Part shown: piece by piece, positions 1 to 8,635 of the stretch | Layout: each line of letters starts with the position of its first letter | How positions within the stretch are numbered: the first letter of the stretch is position 1 | Assembly: GCA_011523515.1 (NCBI GenBank) | Contig: WTGO01000069.1 | Span: 71,890 to 135,889 of the forward strand | Length of the DNA stretch: 64,000 bases | Source: Chloroflexota bacterium | GTDB taxonomy: Bacteria; Chloroflexota; Anaerolineae; Aggregatilineales; Phototrophicaceae | Reading direction: 5' to 3' | Translations under genes and position numbers: made by a program | The notes under the pieces: generated by a model | The model's database searches: none | What the model was told of the DNA's origin: nothing | The model's input: the letters and a program-made list of their open reading frames with translations, nothing else

Positions 1-79
1 AAGATCCGGGATCCTCGTCTGTCTGGACTAGTCTCCACGCTACTTCCGCCAATTCTCGCCATGTAGGGATTTGCGCCTT

Positions 80-88
80 TGCTATAAT
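80..88 (+). promoter_or_regulatory. candidate extended -10 promoter (TGcTATAAT)
   Basis: T80 G81 c82 TATAAT(83-88), 37 nt upstream of ATG 125. It lies downstream of the ORF-track TTG start at 71, which argues against that start. No convincing -35. Confidence 0.35.
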
Positions 89-124
89 TGCAGGCAACAG
101 AATGGTTCTGAACCGGTGTTTAAG

Positions 125-976
125 ATGGCTGAGAGACAGCTAATGCGACTTCTGCTGGTAGATGGCGATGGCGTTAGTCGATACACCGTAAGCAAGGCGC
201 TGCAGCGGGTCGGCTATATGGTTGGCGAGGCGGGCGCCGGTGAAGCCGCGCTGGATCGCTTCGCCCGCGGCGACTATGACCTCGTCCTGTCCGAAATCGA
301 CCTGCCCGGCATGAGCGGCATCGAACTCTTGCAAGCCATCAAGAGGCGCTCGCCCGATAGCATAGTTATTCTCATGACCGATACCGTGAGCGTCGAAACC
401 GCAGTCGAAGCGCTGCGCTACGGCGCCCGCGATCTGCTGATCAAGCCCTTCTCCAGCGACGACATTCGCGACAGCGTCGAACGCGGAATCGTGACCGCTC
501 GCAGCTTGAGACGCCGCCGGCGGCTGCTTGATACCATCGCAAGGACGGTCTCCGACCTGACGCGCGAAGTCGCCTTTGCCTCGGGCGACTTCGACGCCGA
601 CGACATCGAATCGGCCCCAGACCCGGCGAAGCGAGGCGCGGGGCGGGCGGCGCATCGGAATGTCATCAGCCTGGGGCTACTGTCAGTCCTGCCCGGCAAA
701 TATCAGATCGCGGCTGGCGACCGATCGGCCAGCCTGACGCCGACCGAGTTCGACTTGCTGCTCTACCTGGCGGCGCATCGCGGCCGCGTCGCCTCCTGTC
801 ACGAGTTGGTCCGCGAGGTACGCGGCTATGTCACGGACGAGGAGGAAGCCCGAGAAGTAATTCGCCCGCACGTCAGCAATCTGCGGCGAAAGCTCAAAGG
901 GCTGGGCGATATCGACTTGATCGTCAACGTGCGCGGCGTTGGCTACCGTCTCGCCGAGATTGCCGACGAAGACTGA
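125..976 (+). CDS. OmpR/PhoB-family response regulator (REC + winged-helix DNA-binding domain)
   Basis: REC motifs LLLVDGDG, acceptor Asp in LVLSEIDLPGMSG, ILMTD, LIKPF. C-terminal wHTH: LTPTEFDLLLYLA...RPHVSNLRRKL...NVRGVGYRL. Start ambiguous (ATG 125 or ATG 143). No kinase gene adjacent. Confidence 0.85.
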   Translation: MAERQLMRLLLVDGDGVSRYTVSKALQRVGYMVGEAGAGEAALDRFARGDYDLVLSEIDLPGMSGIELLQAIKRRSPDSIVILMTDTVSVETAVEALRYGARDLLIKPFSSDDIRDSVERGIVTARSLRRRRRLLDTIARTVSDLTREVAFASGDFDADDIESAPDPAKRGAGRAAHRNVISLGLLSVLPGKYQIAAGDRSASLTPTEFDLLLYLAAHRGRVASCHELVREVRGYVTDEEEAREVIRPHVSNLRRKLKGLGDIDLIVNVRGVGYRLAEIADED

Positions 977-1054
977 CACTCCTCTCCCATTAGCATTGCA
1001 TTGTGATATGATTCGGCGCGCCGTCGATTAACGCAGCGCGGAGTTGGAGGACTT

Positions 1055-3178
1055 ATGCGCTTGGCGCTTTGCCTGATGCTGCTTTGTTTGCTGCCACTTG
1101 CAGTCCACGCGCAGGAAGGGACGTGCAGCGCGGCGGGTACGCTCTCCCGCGAGACATACCTTCGCGGCGCTGGACAAGACCATAGATTCCATATCTATCT
1201 GCCGCCCTGCTACGAATCGACGTCCGCCGACTATCCCTTGCTGATGCTGCTGCACGGCTCCAACGCCGACGACCTGCAGTGGGCCTTGTTGGGTTTCCTG
1301 CAATCGCTTGAGACTGCGATTCACGAGAACCATGCCCCGCCCATGATCGTCGTCATGCCCTTCGGCGGCGAGGCAGCCAACAGCAATTCCTTCGGCGCCA
1401 ACAGCTACGATGTGATACTTCTCGACTTGCTGGCAAATATATCGGAGCGCTATCGTGCTGGTGAAGCGCGCGCAATTGGGGGCATTTCCCGCGGCGGATT
1501 CTGGGCTTATCATCTCGGCTTGCGCTTCCCTGATCACTTTGTAGCCATCGGCGGCCACAGCCCCTTCTTCGACGCTGACCACGTGCCGGCTGCCTACAAT
1601 CCCCTGAATCTGGCGCGGGAACTCTCGGCTGATACCCATCTCAGCTTGTGGCTCGACCGCGGCACGAACGATCACGCCGCGGCCGGCATTGAGCAAATGC
1701 ACGTCAATTTGCAGGCGGGGCAGGCGGCGCACCAGTATGTCGTTTATCCCGGCGGCGATCACAGCGAGGCTTCTTGGTCGCGAAACATCGACGATTATGT
1801 AGCCTTCTACTCGCGCGCGTTTTCGCCTGCTGATGCCGCGCGCCCGGCTGCCGATCCCGGCGGCCGCGACCAATTCGAACTGTGGCTGCCCGCCGTCGGC
1901 TTTGGGACGCTTCTTGCTTCCATCGACTCTGCCGATCTGGCGGCGATGTTGGCCGGCCACTACGACGGCCGCCTGATACTTAGCGAATCGGCCGCGGCCC
2001 GCTTGCGTCATCACGGCTTCAGCTTGCATGCGGCAACGAGAATCGTCGCCCACGATCAGCGCTTTAGCGCTCTATGGCGAGACAAGCGCAGCTTCACACT
2101 TTTGCCGGCCAACGAACTCGAGACGCGTCTTCGCGTCTTATGGGTCGATGACCTGCCCGTGGTTGACCAACTGGACCGTTATCCGCTGGCGTTCGAGTCC
2201 GACTTCCCCAACTTCAGCCCTGACAAGCTGACGCGCATTACCCTCTCGGGCACGACAGCGCTCGCCCGGCATACGCTTCCGGCCGTTGACGCAATTGGCG
2301 TGGAGCGCGCCGCCAGCGGCATACGCGACTACGTGCTGCTGTCGGATTATTTTCATATCACCAACGAGGCGTCGCTGGCGCCCGGCTGCCCCGACCTGGA
2401 TATCGTGGGCTTTTTCGGCAGCAACACCAGTATGTGTATGAAGCCCGAACATGCCGCCATCTTCGACCTGCTTGATGTCGATGTCGTCGACCTGACCGGC
2501 AATCATATCAATGACTTCGGCTTCGATCCACTTCTGCGCACGCTGGACTACTTCGCGGGGCGAAACCTGGCCGTGGTCGGCGGCGGGCGCGATCTGCGGG
2601 CGGCGCGCGAGGCTTTGGTTCTCGAACACAAGGGCTCGCGAATCGGTTGGATCGCCTGCAACGACGTCGGCCCCGCCTTCGCCTATGTCAACGAGGATCC
2701 AAACTCGCTCTACGGGCAGCGACCGGGCGCCGCCGCCTGCGACCGCAATTGGCTGCGCGAGGCGCTGGCTGTCCTGGCTGCCGAAACGGACCTGGTGCTG
2801 ATGACCGTTCAATACCGTGAATTTGAACGCTTCACCCCGACATCATCGCAGCAATTCGACTACCGCACCTTCGCTGAATGGGGCGCTGATATCGTGGTCG
2901 GCACCGCCGAGCACAAGCCGATGACCTTTGAATTCTATCCCACAGGCCGCGGCGAAACCGCCTTCATTCACTACGGCCTGGGCAACCTCTTCTTCGATCA
3001 GCAGCTATGGGGCAACAGGCGCTTTTTTCTGGATACGCTCTATATCTACGATGGCAGACTGCTGACGGTTGAAGTCTTCCCCGGCATCATCGACGACCGC
3101 GCGCGCCCACGCCTGCTCACCGGCGACGACCGCTTCAACTTTCTGCATTTTATGTTCATCCAGAAAAACGAATTCTAG
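1055..3178 (+). CDS. secreted fusion protein: alpha/beta-hydrolase esterase domain + CapA/PGA_cap-like domain
   Basis: Signal peptide MRLALCLMLLCLLPLAVHAQ with GGAGG 4 nt upstream of the ATG. The N-terminal half has esterase hallmarks (YLPPCY..PLLMLLHGS, nucleophile elbow GGISRGG). The C-terminal half resembles the CapA family (LTGNHINDFG, VVGGGRDL, VGTAEHKP). Confidence 0.7.
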   Translation: MRLALCLMLLCLLPLAVHAQEGTCSAAGTLSRETYLRGAGQDHRFHIYLPPCYESTSADYPLLMLLHGSNADDLQWALLGFLQSLETAIHENHAPPMIVVMPFGGEAANSNSFGANSYDVILLDLLANISERYRAGEARAIGGISRGGFWAYHLGLRFPDHFVAIGGHSPFFDADHVPAAYNPLNLARELSADTHLSLWLDRGTNDHAAAGIEQMHVNLQAGQAAHQYVVYPGGDHSEASWSRNIDDYVAFYSRAFSPADAARPAADPGGRDQFELWLPAVGFGTLLASIDSADLAAMLAGHYDGRLILSESAAARLRHHGFSLHAATRIVAHDQRFSALWRDKRSFTLLPANELETRLRVLWVDDLPVVDQLDRYPLAFESDFPNFSPDKLTRITLSGTTALARHTLPAVDAIGVERAASGIRDYVLLSDYFHITNEASLAPGCPDLDIVGFFGSNTSMCMKPEHAAIFDLLDVDVVDLTGNHINDFGFDPLLRTLDYFAGRNLAVVGGGRDLRAAREALVLEHKGSRIGWIACNDVGPAFAYVNEDPNSLYGQRPGAAACDRNWLREALAVLAAETDLVLMTVQYREFERFTPTSSQQFDYRTFAEWGADIVVGTAEHKPMTFEFYPTGRGETAFIHYGLGNLFFDQQLWGNRRFFLDTLYIYDGRLLTVEVFPGIIDDRARPRLLTGDDRFNFLHFMFIQKNEF

Positions 3179-3368
3179 CTGTGTAGTCAATTGTGGAGAG
3201 TCGCGCAGTTTTTCTGACGCAATTCATACGCAAACTGCTGCAAAATGAATTGTCGTCGGCGTACTCCAAACTATGCCAGCGGTACTAGGCGAGGCCTGCG
3301 CGCTTGGGCTATAATGGCGCTGCTCCCGACGACTTGTGCTGGGAATCGGACAGGGACTTGGTCATTTC

Positions 3369-5591
3369 ATGTCGACACTAAATCCTGATCTCATCTCCAA
3401 AGATATGGACGCCGTCCTGAACGACGCCGTGCCCTTGCTGGACGCGCATCGCAAATCGTCGATCATGCCGGAAATGGTGCTGCTCTCGTTGTTGCGGCGC
3501 AAAGATACCGCCGCACATCGGCTGCTGGCCATGTTTGAATCCAGCCGCGGCGTCGATCTCGAGCGGCTGGAGCGCCAGGTCAAAGTCGCTATTCAATCGC
3601 GGCGCGACCCCGACGGCAGCCTGGACTTTGTCGCCATCGGCAACAAAAAGGTGCCGCTCAGCCGGCAATCCATTGTCTTGCTCGATGACGGCTTGACAGT
3701 TGCCAATTCGATGAACGAGCAGAAAATCGACACCGACCACGCCCTCGCCGTGCTGGCCGAAACCTCAGTCAGCACCGGCGGCATCTTGCGCCAATTCAGC
3801 ATCACGCCCAAGTCGATCAAGGACGCCTACAGCGACGCCAGCAAGACCATGCCGGCTCGCGAAGATAGCACCACGGTCGATTACGTCAAGCGCGCCCGCC
3901 GCGGTCGGCTGCGCGCCGTGCATTTCCGCGAAGACTTGCTGCGCAACATGATCAACGTGCTGACGCAGTCGGTCAACCGGCACATCATTCTGATCGGTCC
4001 CGATGGCGTCGGCAAGCGCACTCTGGCGTACAGCCTCGCGCTGCTGATGGCGGAAGACAAGGGACCGGCCGGTTTGCATAACCTGGTGCAGATCAGTGAA
4101 ACCGCCCTCCTTGACGGCGATCAGGAAGCCTTTCGCGCGGGCATGAGCGCGGCGCGGCATGGCATTCTCTTCCTGCCGCTGATACATCGCTTCTTCGGCG
4201 GCCCCATCAAGGCCGACTTCAACAAAGCGACTTCGCTGGTGCAGAAGGCATTTCTTAGCGACGATCCAGTCGTCATCTGCACGACCAGCCTGCAAGAATT
4301 CGAAGCCCGCATTCAAGGCGTAAGCGCCATCATGGAGAACAGCCAGGTCATTCGCGTCGACGAGCCGTCGCTGGATGAAACCGTGCGCATCCTGGAGGTG
4401 GTGGCGCCCCATCTGGAGTCCGACTACCAGATTTCGGTCGATCACGACGCGCTCAAGATGGCGGCGCGCATGGCGCAACGCTACCTTACCATCAATCCCT
4501 TGCCGCAGAGCGCCGAGCAATTGCTGCATCGGACCGCGGCCATGGTCAATATGGGCAAGCAGGCGCACCTGGCCTTCAAGCCGGAAAATAACGACGCCCG
4601 GCTCGACGTGGAAGATGTCACCCTGGTCACCAGCCAAATGACCGGTATTCCCGTGACCAAGCTGGGCGCTGACGAACGCCTGCGCTACGCCAACATGGTG
4701 GAGCACCTCAGCGAACGCTTGATCGGCCAGGAGGAAGCCGTCCAGCTCGTCAGCCGCGCCATCAAGACTGCTCGCGTCGGCCTGAAAGACCCGCGCCGCC
4801 CTATCGGCACTTTTCTGTTCCTGGGCCCTACCGGCATCGGTAAAACCGAGTTGGCGCGCGTATTGGCGGACTTCATGTTCGGCAGCGAAGAAACGCTCTT
4901 CCCGCTGGATATGAGCGAATACAAGGACGAGAGCAGCATCAACCGCCTCATTGGCTCGGCTGTCGGTTATGTCGGCAGCGACGAAGGCGGCCAGCTCACC
5001 GAGCGGATTCGGCAGCAGCCCTATACCATCGTGCTCCTGGACGAGATCGAAAAGGCGCATCCGCGCATCATGGACGTGCTGCTGCAGGTGATGGAAGAGG
5101 GCCGGCTCACGGACGGCCGCGGCAATGTCGCGCGTTTCAGCGAGGCGGTCGTGATCATGACCAGCAATATCGGCTCTGAGCATCTCATGGTGCGGCAAAT
5201 TACCGATGACCTGCGCGAGCGAATCATGGACGAAGTGCTGGATTTTTTGCGGCCGGAATTTGTGAATCGTCTGGACGAAGTCATCTTGTTCAACGCGCTA
5301 AGCGACGACGACTTTGTGCTGATTCTGGATTTGCTGATCGCCAAAGAGAATAAGCTGGCCGCAGAAAGTGGCCTAACGCTGACCTTCACGGACGGCGCCA
5401 AGAAGTGGCTGCTTGATCAGAACGACGAGCCCGAATACGGCGCTCGTCCGCTGCGCCGTATTCTCAGGCGCAATCTGCGCGAGCCGCTGGCGGATTTCTT
5501 GCTGCGCGCTAATCCTGAAGCAGGCGCCGAGGTGCGCATTAGCTCCAGCCGAAAGCGTGGCGGCGGCCTGGAATTCTCGTTCCGCCAGTGA
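3369..5591 (+). CDS. Clp/Hsp100-family AAA+ protein with Clp_N domain, degenerate D1 and canonical D2
   Basis: N-terminal Clp_N-like repeat (MPEMVLLSLLRRKDTAAHRLL). D1 has GPDGVGKRT and ILFLPLIHRFFGG in place of the Walker A/B consensus. D2 is canonical (FLFLGPTGIGKTELA, IVLLDEIEKAHP, MTSNIGS, GARPLRR). Start chosen at ATG 3369; GTG 3336 is also possible. Confidence 0.85.
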   Translation: MSTLNPDLISKDMDAVLNDAVPLLDAHRKSSIMPEMVLLSLLRRKDTAAHRLLAMFESSRGVDLERLERQVKVAIQSRRDPDGSLDFVAIGNKKVPLSRQSIVLLDDGLTVANSMNEQKIDTDHALAVLAETSVSTGGILRQFSITPKSIKDAYSDASKTMPAREDSTTVDYVKRARRGRLRAVHFREDLLRNMINVLTQSVNRHIILIGPDGVGKRTLAYSLALLMAEDKGPAGLHNLVQISETALLDGDQEAFRAGMSAARHGILFLPLIHRFFGGPIKADFNKATSLVQKAFLSDDPVVICTTSLQEFEARIQGVSAIMENSQVIRVDEPSLDETVRILEVVAPHLESDYQISVDHDALKMAARMAQRYLTINPLPQSAEQLLHRTAAMVNMGKQAHLAFKPENNDARLDVEDVTLVTSQMTGIPVTKLGADERLRYANMVEHLSERLIGQEEAVQLVSRAIKTARVGLKDPRRPIGTFLFLGPTGIGKTELARVLADFMFGSEETLFPLDMSEYKDESSINRLIGSAVGYVGSDEGGQLTERIRQQPYTIVLLDEIEKAHPRIMDVLLQVMEEGRLTDGRGNVARFSEAVVIMTSNIGSEHLMVRQITDDLRERIMDEVLDFLRPEFVNRLDEVILFNALSDDDFVLILDLLIAKENKLAAESGLTLTFTDGAKKWLLDQNDEPEYGARPLRRILRRNLREPLADFLLRANPEAGAEVRISSSRKRGGGLEFSFRQ

Positions 5592-5643
5592 CCACGACTT
5601 GCAGTATGACTTCATCATCAACGATATATAGATAGAGGAATCC

Positions 5644-7062
5644 ATGGCGACACTCGATCGTTCAATCTTTAGAAAATATGATATTCGCGGCACCGCCGCG
5701 GGCGACTCGCCGCAGTTGACGCCCGAGGTCGCTCTGCTGGTGGGCAAGGCGCTGGGCGCCTACCTGCCGCGCCAATTCGGCTCTGAACGAATCTTCGTCG
5801 GCTCCGATAATCGCCTGACATCGGGCCCGCTAAAGTCAGCGGTCATCAAGGGTCTGGCATCGGCTGGATTGCCCGTCACCGATATCGGCGAAGTGCTTAC
5901 CCCCACCGTATATTTTGCGTCTGCCTCGTACGATGGCGCGGGCGCCGGCGTAATGATCACGGGCAGCCACCTTGACACGCGCTACAACGGCATCAAGATG
6001 GCTTACGGCAAACTCGCGCTGGCCGGTGACCAGATTCAAGACTTGCTGCGGATTATCAACGAGGAGTCGTTTGCCGAGGGCGCGGCGGCGGTAACGCAGG
6101 ACGCCGACATGATTCACCAGCACATGGCCGCCATACAAAACAAAGTCACCATGGCCAAGCCGCTGAAGGTCGTGCTGGACGCCGGCAACGGCTTGAGCGG
6201 TACCCACCTGCCGCCCGTGCTGGAAGCGCTCGGCCTGGATGTCGAATGCCTCTTCTGTGAGCCGGACGGAACCTTCCCCAACCATTTGCCCAACCCCGAA
6301 GATCCCGAGATGACCCGCGATCTGGAAGCCAAGGTGGTCCAGCTGGGCGCAGACCTTGGCCTGGCATTCGACGGCGACAGTGATCGTTGCGGCTTCATCG
6401 ACAATCACGGCCATCACATCGCGGCGGATCGGCTGCTGGCGCTGTTGGCGCGCGACCTGCTCGGTCGTCATCCCGGAACCCCCATCGTCTTTGATGTCAA
6501 AGCGTCGCAAGCCCTACCGGACGAGATATCCAAGTACGGCGGCGAACCGGTCATGTGGAAGTCCGGCCACAGCTTGATGAAACAAAAGATGAACGAGATC
6601 GGCTCTCTCCTCGGCGGCGAAGTCAGCGGACACCTTTTCATCGGCGAGGACTACTACGGTTTCGACGACGCGCCGCTTGTCGCGCTGAAAACCCTGGAGA
6701 TTATCAGCCGCTCCGATCAATCGATCGCCCAGATCTTTGAAGATATTCCCAAGCTGGTCGCTACGCCCGAAATCGTCCTTTCCGCCCCGGACGATCTGAA
6801 ATTCAAGATGATCGACGAGATGACCGAGAGCTTGCAAGATCAATACGATGTTGTGACCGTTGACGGCGCGCGCGTAGTCTTCGAGAGCGGGTGGGGTCTG
6901 GTGCGCGCCAGCAATACGCAGCCGGCCGTCACGCTGCGATTCGAAGCCTACACGCGCGAACAGATTTCCCAATACATGCGCATATTTGAAGCGCAGCTGC
7001 TGCGATATCCACAGATCGACCGCGGCCGATTCGACGCGCTCCTGGTCGAATTCAGCGCCTGA
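5644..7062 (+). CDS. phosphomannomutase/phosphoglucomutase (alpha-D-phosphohexomutase family)
   Basis: Phosphoserine loop TGSHLDTRYNGIKM, metal site FDGDSDRCGF, sugar loop GGEVSGHLF, phosphate loop RASNTQP. Confidence 0.85.
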   Translation: MATLDRSIFRKYDIRGTAAGDSPQLTPEVALLVGKALGAYLPRQFGSERIFVGSDNRLTSGPLKSAVIKGLASAGLPVTDIGEVLTPTVYFASASYDGAGAGVMITGSHLDTRYNGIKMAYGKLALAGDQIQDLLRIINEESFAEGAAAVTQDADMIHQHMAAIQNKVTMAKPLKVVLDAGNGLSGTHLPPVLEALGLDVECLFCEPDGTFPNHLPNPEDPEMTRDLEAKVVQLGADLGLAFDGDSDRCGFIDNHGHHIAADRLLALLARDLLGRHPGTPIVFDVKASQALPDEISKYGGEPVMWKSGHSLMKQKMNEIGSLLGGEVSGHLFIGEDYYGFDDAPLVALKTLEIISRSDQSIAQIFEDIPKLVATPEIVLSAPDDLKFKMIDEMTESLQDQYDVVTVDGARVVFESGWGLVRASNTQPAVTLRFEAYTREQISQYMRIFEAQLLRYPQIDRGRFDALLVEFSA

Positions 7063-7096
7063 TCCCTTACCGGACCATCACTGCAAACTGCAAACC

Positions 7097-7807
7097 GTGT
7101 CAGCGCGCCGCGACTTCTACCGAGATATCTACCGCCATCAGGCCATGCGCTATGACCGCCTGGTGGCGCGCGAAGACGCCCAGGGCAATCTCTTCGGCGC
7201 GCTAAACCAAATCGTCCCGCTCAGTGGAGTGGATGTGGTGGAATTCGGCGCAGGCACCGGCCGGCTGACGCGCTTGCTATCCATACAGGTGAGGCGGATT
7301 TCCGCTTTTGACATCGAGCCGGCCATGCTGCGGCAGCTTGCCCCCCAAATGCACGCGACCGGCATGGCCAATTGGGCGGTGGCTCTGGGCGACAACGGCA
7401 TGATGCCCCTCGCATCAGGCTGCGCCGATCTCGTAATCGAAGGCTGGAGTTTCGCCCATGTCCGCGAATGGCATCCGCAGGCCTGGCGGCAGCATACTGA
7501 TGCCATGCTGAGGGAGATGGAACGGCTCTTGAAACCCGGCGGGACAGCAATTCTGATCGAAACCCTGGGAACCGGCAGGCGTCATCCGCAGCCGCCGGAC
7601 AATCTGGCGGAACTCTATCAATACTGGCAGGAGCAGCGTGGCTTCAAGTCGCGCTGGATTCGCACAGACTTCCAATTCGCCTCGCCTGACGAAGCGGACG
7701 AATTGACTCGCTTCTTTTTCGGCGACGAGCTGGCCGACGAATGCCTCGCCGCCGGGAATGTCATTCTGCCGGAGTGCACCGGCATCTGGTGGAAGCGCTA
7801 TCCCTGA
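7097..7807 (+). CDS. class I SAM-dependent methyltransferase
   Basis: Motif I VVEFGAGTGRLTRLL and motif post-I FDIEPAML. The ORF-track start 6986 overlaps the upstream gene by 77 nt, so GTG 7097 (or ATG 7145) is more plausible. Confidence 0.65.
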   Translation: MSARRDFYRDIYRHQAMRYDRLVAREDAQGNLFGALNQIVPLSGVDVVEFGAGTGRLTRLLSIQVRRISAFDIEPAMLRQLAPQMHATGMANWAVALGDNGMMPLASGCADLVIEGWSFAHVREWHPQAWRQHTDAMLREMERLLKPGGTAILIETLGTGRRHPQPPDNLAELYQYWQEQRGFKSRWIRTDFQFASPDEADELTRFFFGDELADECLAAGNVILPECTGIWWKRYP

Positions 7808-7846
7808 GGCCTCGCGCGTGCTGAGCATATGCTCGGCCCGCCCAGT

Positions 7847-7873
7847 CTGATGCGCTCAACCGCCTGATGCGCT
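7847..7873 (+). repeat. 10-bp direct repeat CTGATGCGCT x2 (17-bp period), possible operator
   Basis: CTGATGCGCT at 7847-7856 and 7864-7873. Related ATGCGC/ATGCGA cores recur at 7885-7890 and 7915-7920. The element sits in the 150-bp intergenic region upstream of the 7961 gene. Confidence 0.4.
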
Positions 7874-7960
7874 ACTATTGAAACATGCGCGAATTCGATT
7901 ATCATGTTGGACTTATGCGATCCTCTTTCTCCAGCTCAGTAACCAGCGGGAGCCGGTAAA

Positions 7961-8635
7961 TTGCAAAAGCTAGGCCCGCCCGGCGAAATGCCCAGCCTCG
8001 AATTTGAAGTCGATAGGGAACACTCCGGCGTTCGCATGCTGGGTTGCCTCACCTTCTTTTTTGGCGCGATCGGCAGTTACCTGATTATCAATACCATTTT
8101 CCCCAACGGCGGGTTGATTACCCTGGGCGCGGCCTTGGCCATCGCCGTTGCCTTGACTTACGGCGCCGACTACCTGAGCAAGATGTACTGGCCCAGCAAT
8201 CGCGCCATTCAATTCATCGACGATGTGATCTTGCTGGTCAAAGGAAACAAAATTCAAGGCGAGATAGACGCCGCGCAAAACGTCAACTTGCTGCAATGGC
8301 ATTTTGAAGCCAAGCGCCATCCGCGTGTGCCCAAGGGTTGGTACGTTGTGGCCAATGCGCTGGAGCAGGACGGCGAATACATCGTCAGCTACAGCATCGT
8401 TTCGCCGGCGGACTTTGACGCCTTGCCGCTGTCGCGCTTGTCGCAGAAGTATCAGCGCAAAAAGAACAAGAAAGATGATACGCGTGATCTGCGCGAAGCC
8501 GGCAGCCACCGCCGCATTGCCCAGGCCGAGTTTCACCGGGGCGAATTCGGCGCGGAATTGTCGCTCGAAGACTACCACGCCTACCTCGATTATTTGGCGG
8601 ACACTTATACCTCCTGGATGCCCAAAGAAAAATGA
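7961..8635 (+). CDS. hypothetical membrane protein (two N-terminal TM helices + basic soluble domain)
   Basis: TM segments LGCLTFFFGAIGSYLIINTIF and LITLGAALAIAVALTYGADY. GGGAG lies 8 nt upstream of TTG 7961 (ATG 7988 is an alternative). The stop overlaps the next start (ATGA at 8632-8635). No family recognised. Confidence 0.5.
   Translation: MQKLGPPGEMPSLEFEVDREHSGVRMLGCLTFFFGAIGSYLIINTIFPNGGLITLGAALAIAVALTYGADYLSKMYWPSNRAIQFIDDVILLVKGNKIQGEIDAAQNVNLLQWHFEAKRHPRVPKGWYVVANALEQDGEYIVSYSIVSPADFDALPLSRLSQKYQRKKNKKDDTRDLREAGSHRRIAQAEFHRGEFGAELSLEDYHAYLDYLADTYTSWMPKEK

Noticed and set aside
71-124. ORF-track N-terminal extension of the response regulator (TTG 71). Analogous extensions occur at 6986-7096, 28129-28266, 49298-49375, 51263-51478, 52244-52264 and 60820-60834.
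   Set aside because: The extensions overlap neighbouring genes or a candidate promoter and have non-protein-like sequence. Downstream starts give canonical N-termini or stop/start coupling (for example TAATG at 28126-28130).
3765-5198. 477-aa ORF antisense to the Clp gene. Similar long antisense ORFs occur elsewhere: 1028-2053, 20930-22051, 34365-35756, 39550-40518, 45240-46058, 53225-54043 and 60010-60816.
   Set aside because: They lie fully inside well-supported genes on the other strand. Their translations are Arg/Ala/Gly-rich and low in complexity, with no motifs. These are the typical shadow ORFs of high-GC DNA.
7823-7834. Perfect 12-bp palindrome GAGCATATGCTC just after the methyltransferase stop, considered as a terminator.
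   Set aside because: As a hairpin it has only a 4-bp stem with an ATAT loop and no U-tract. This is too weak to call.
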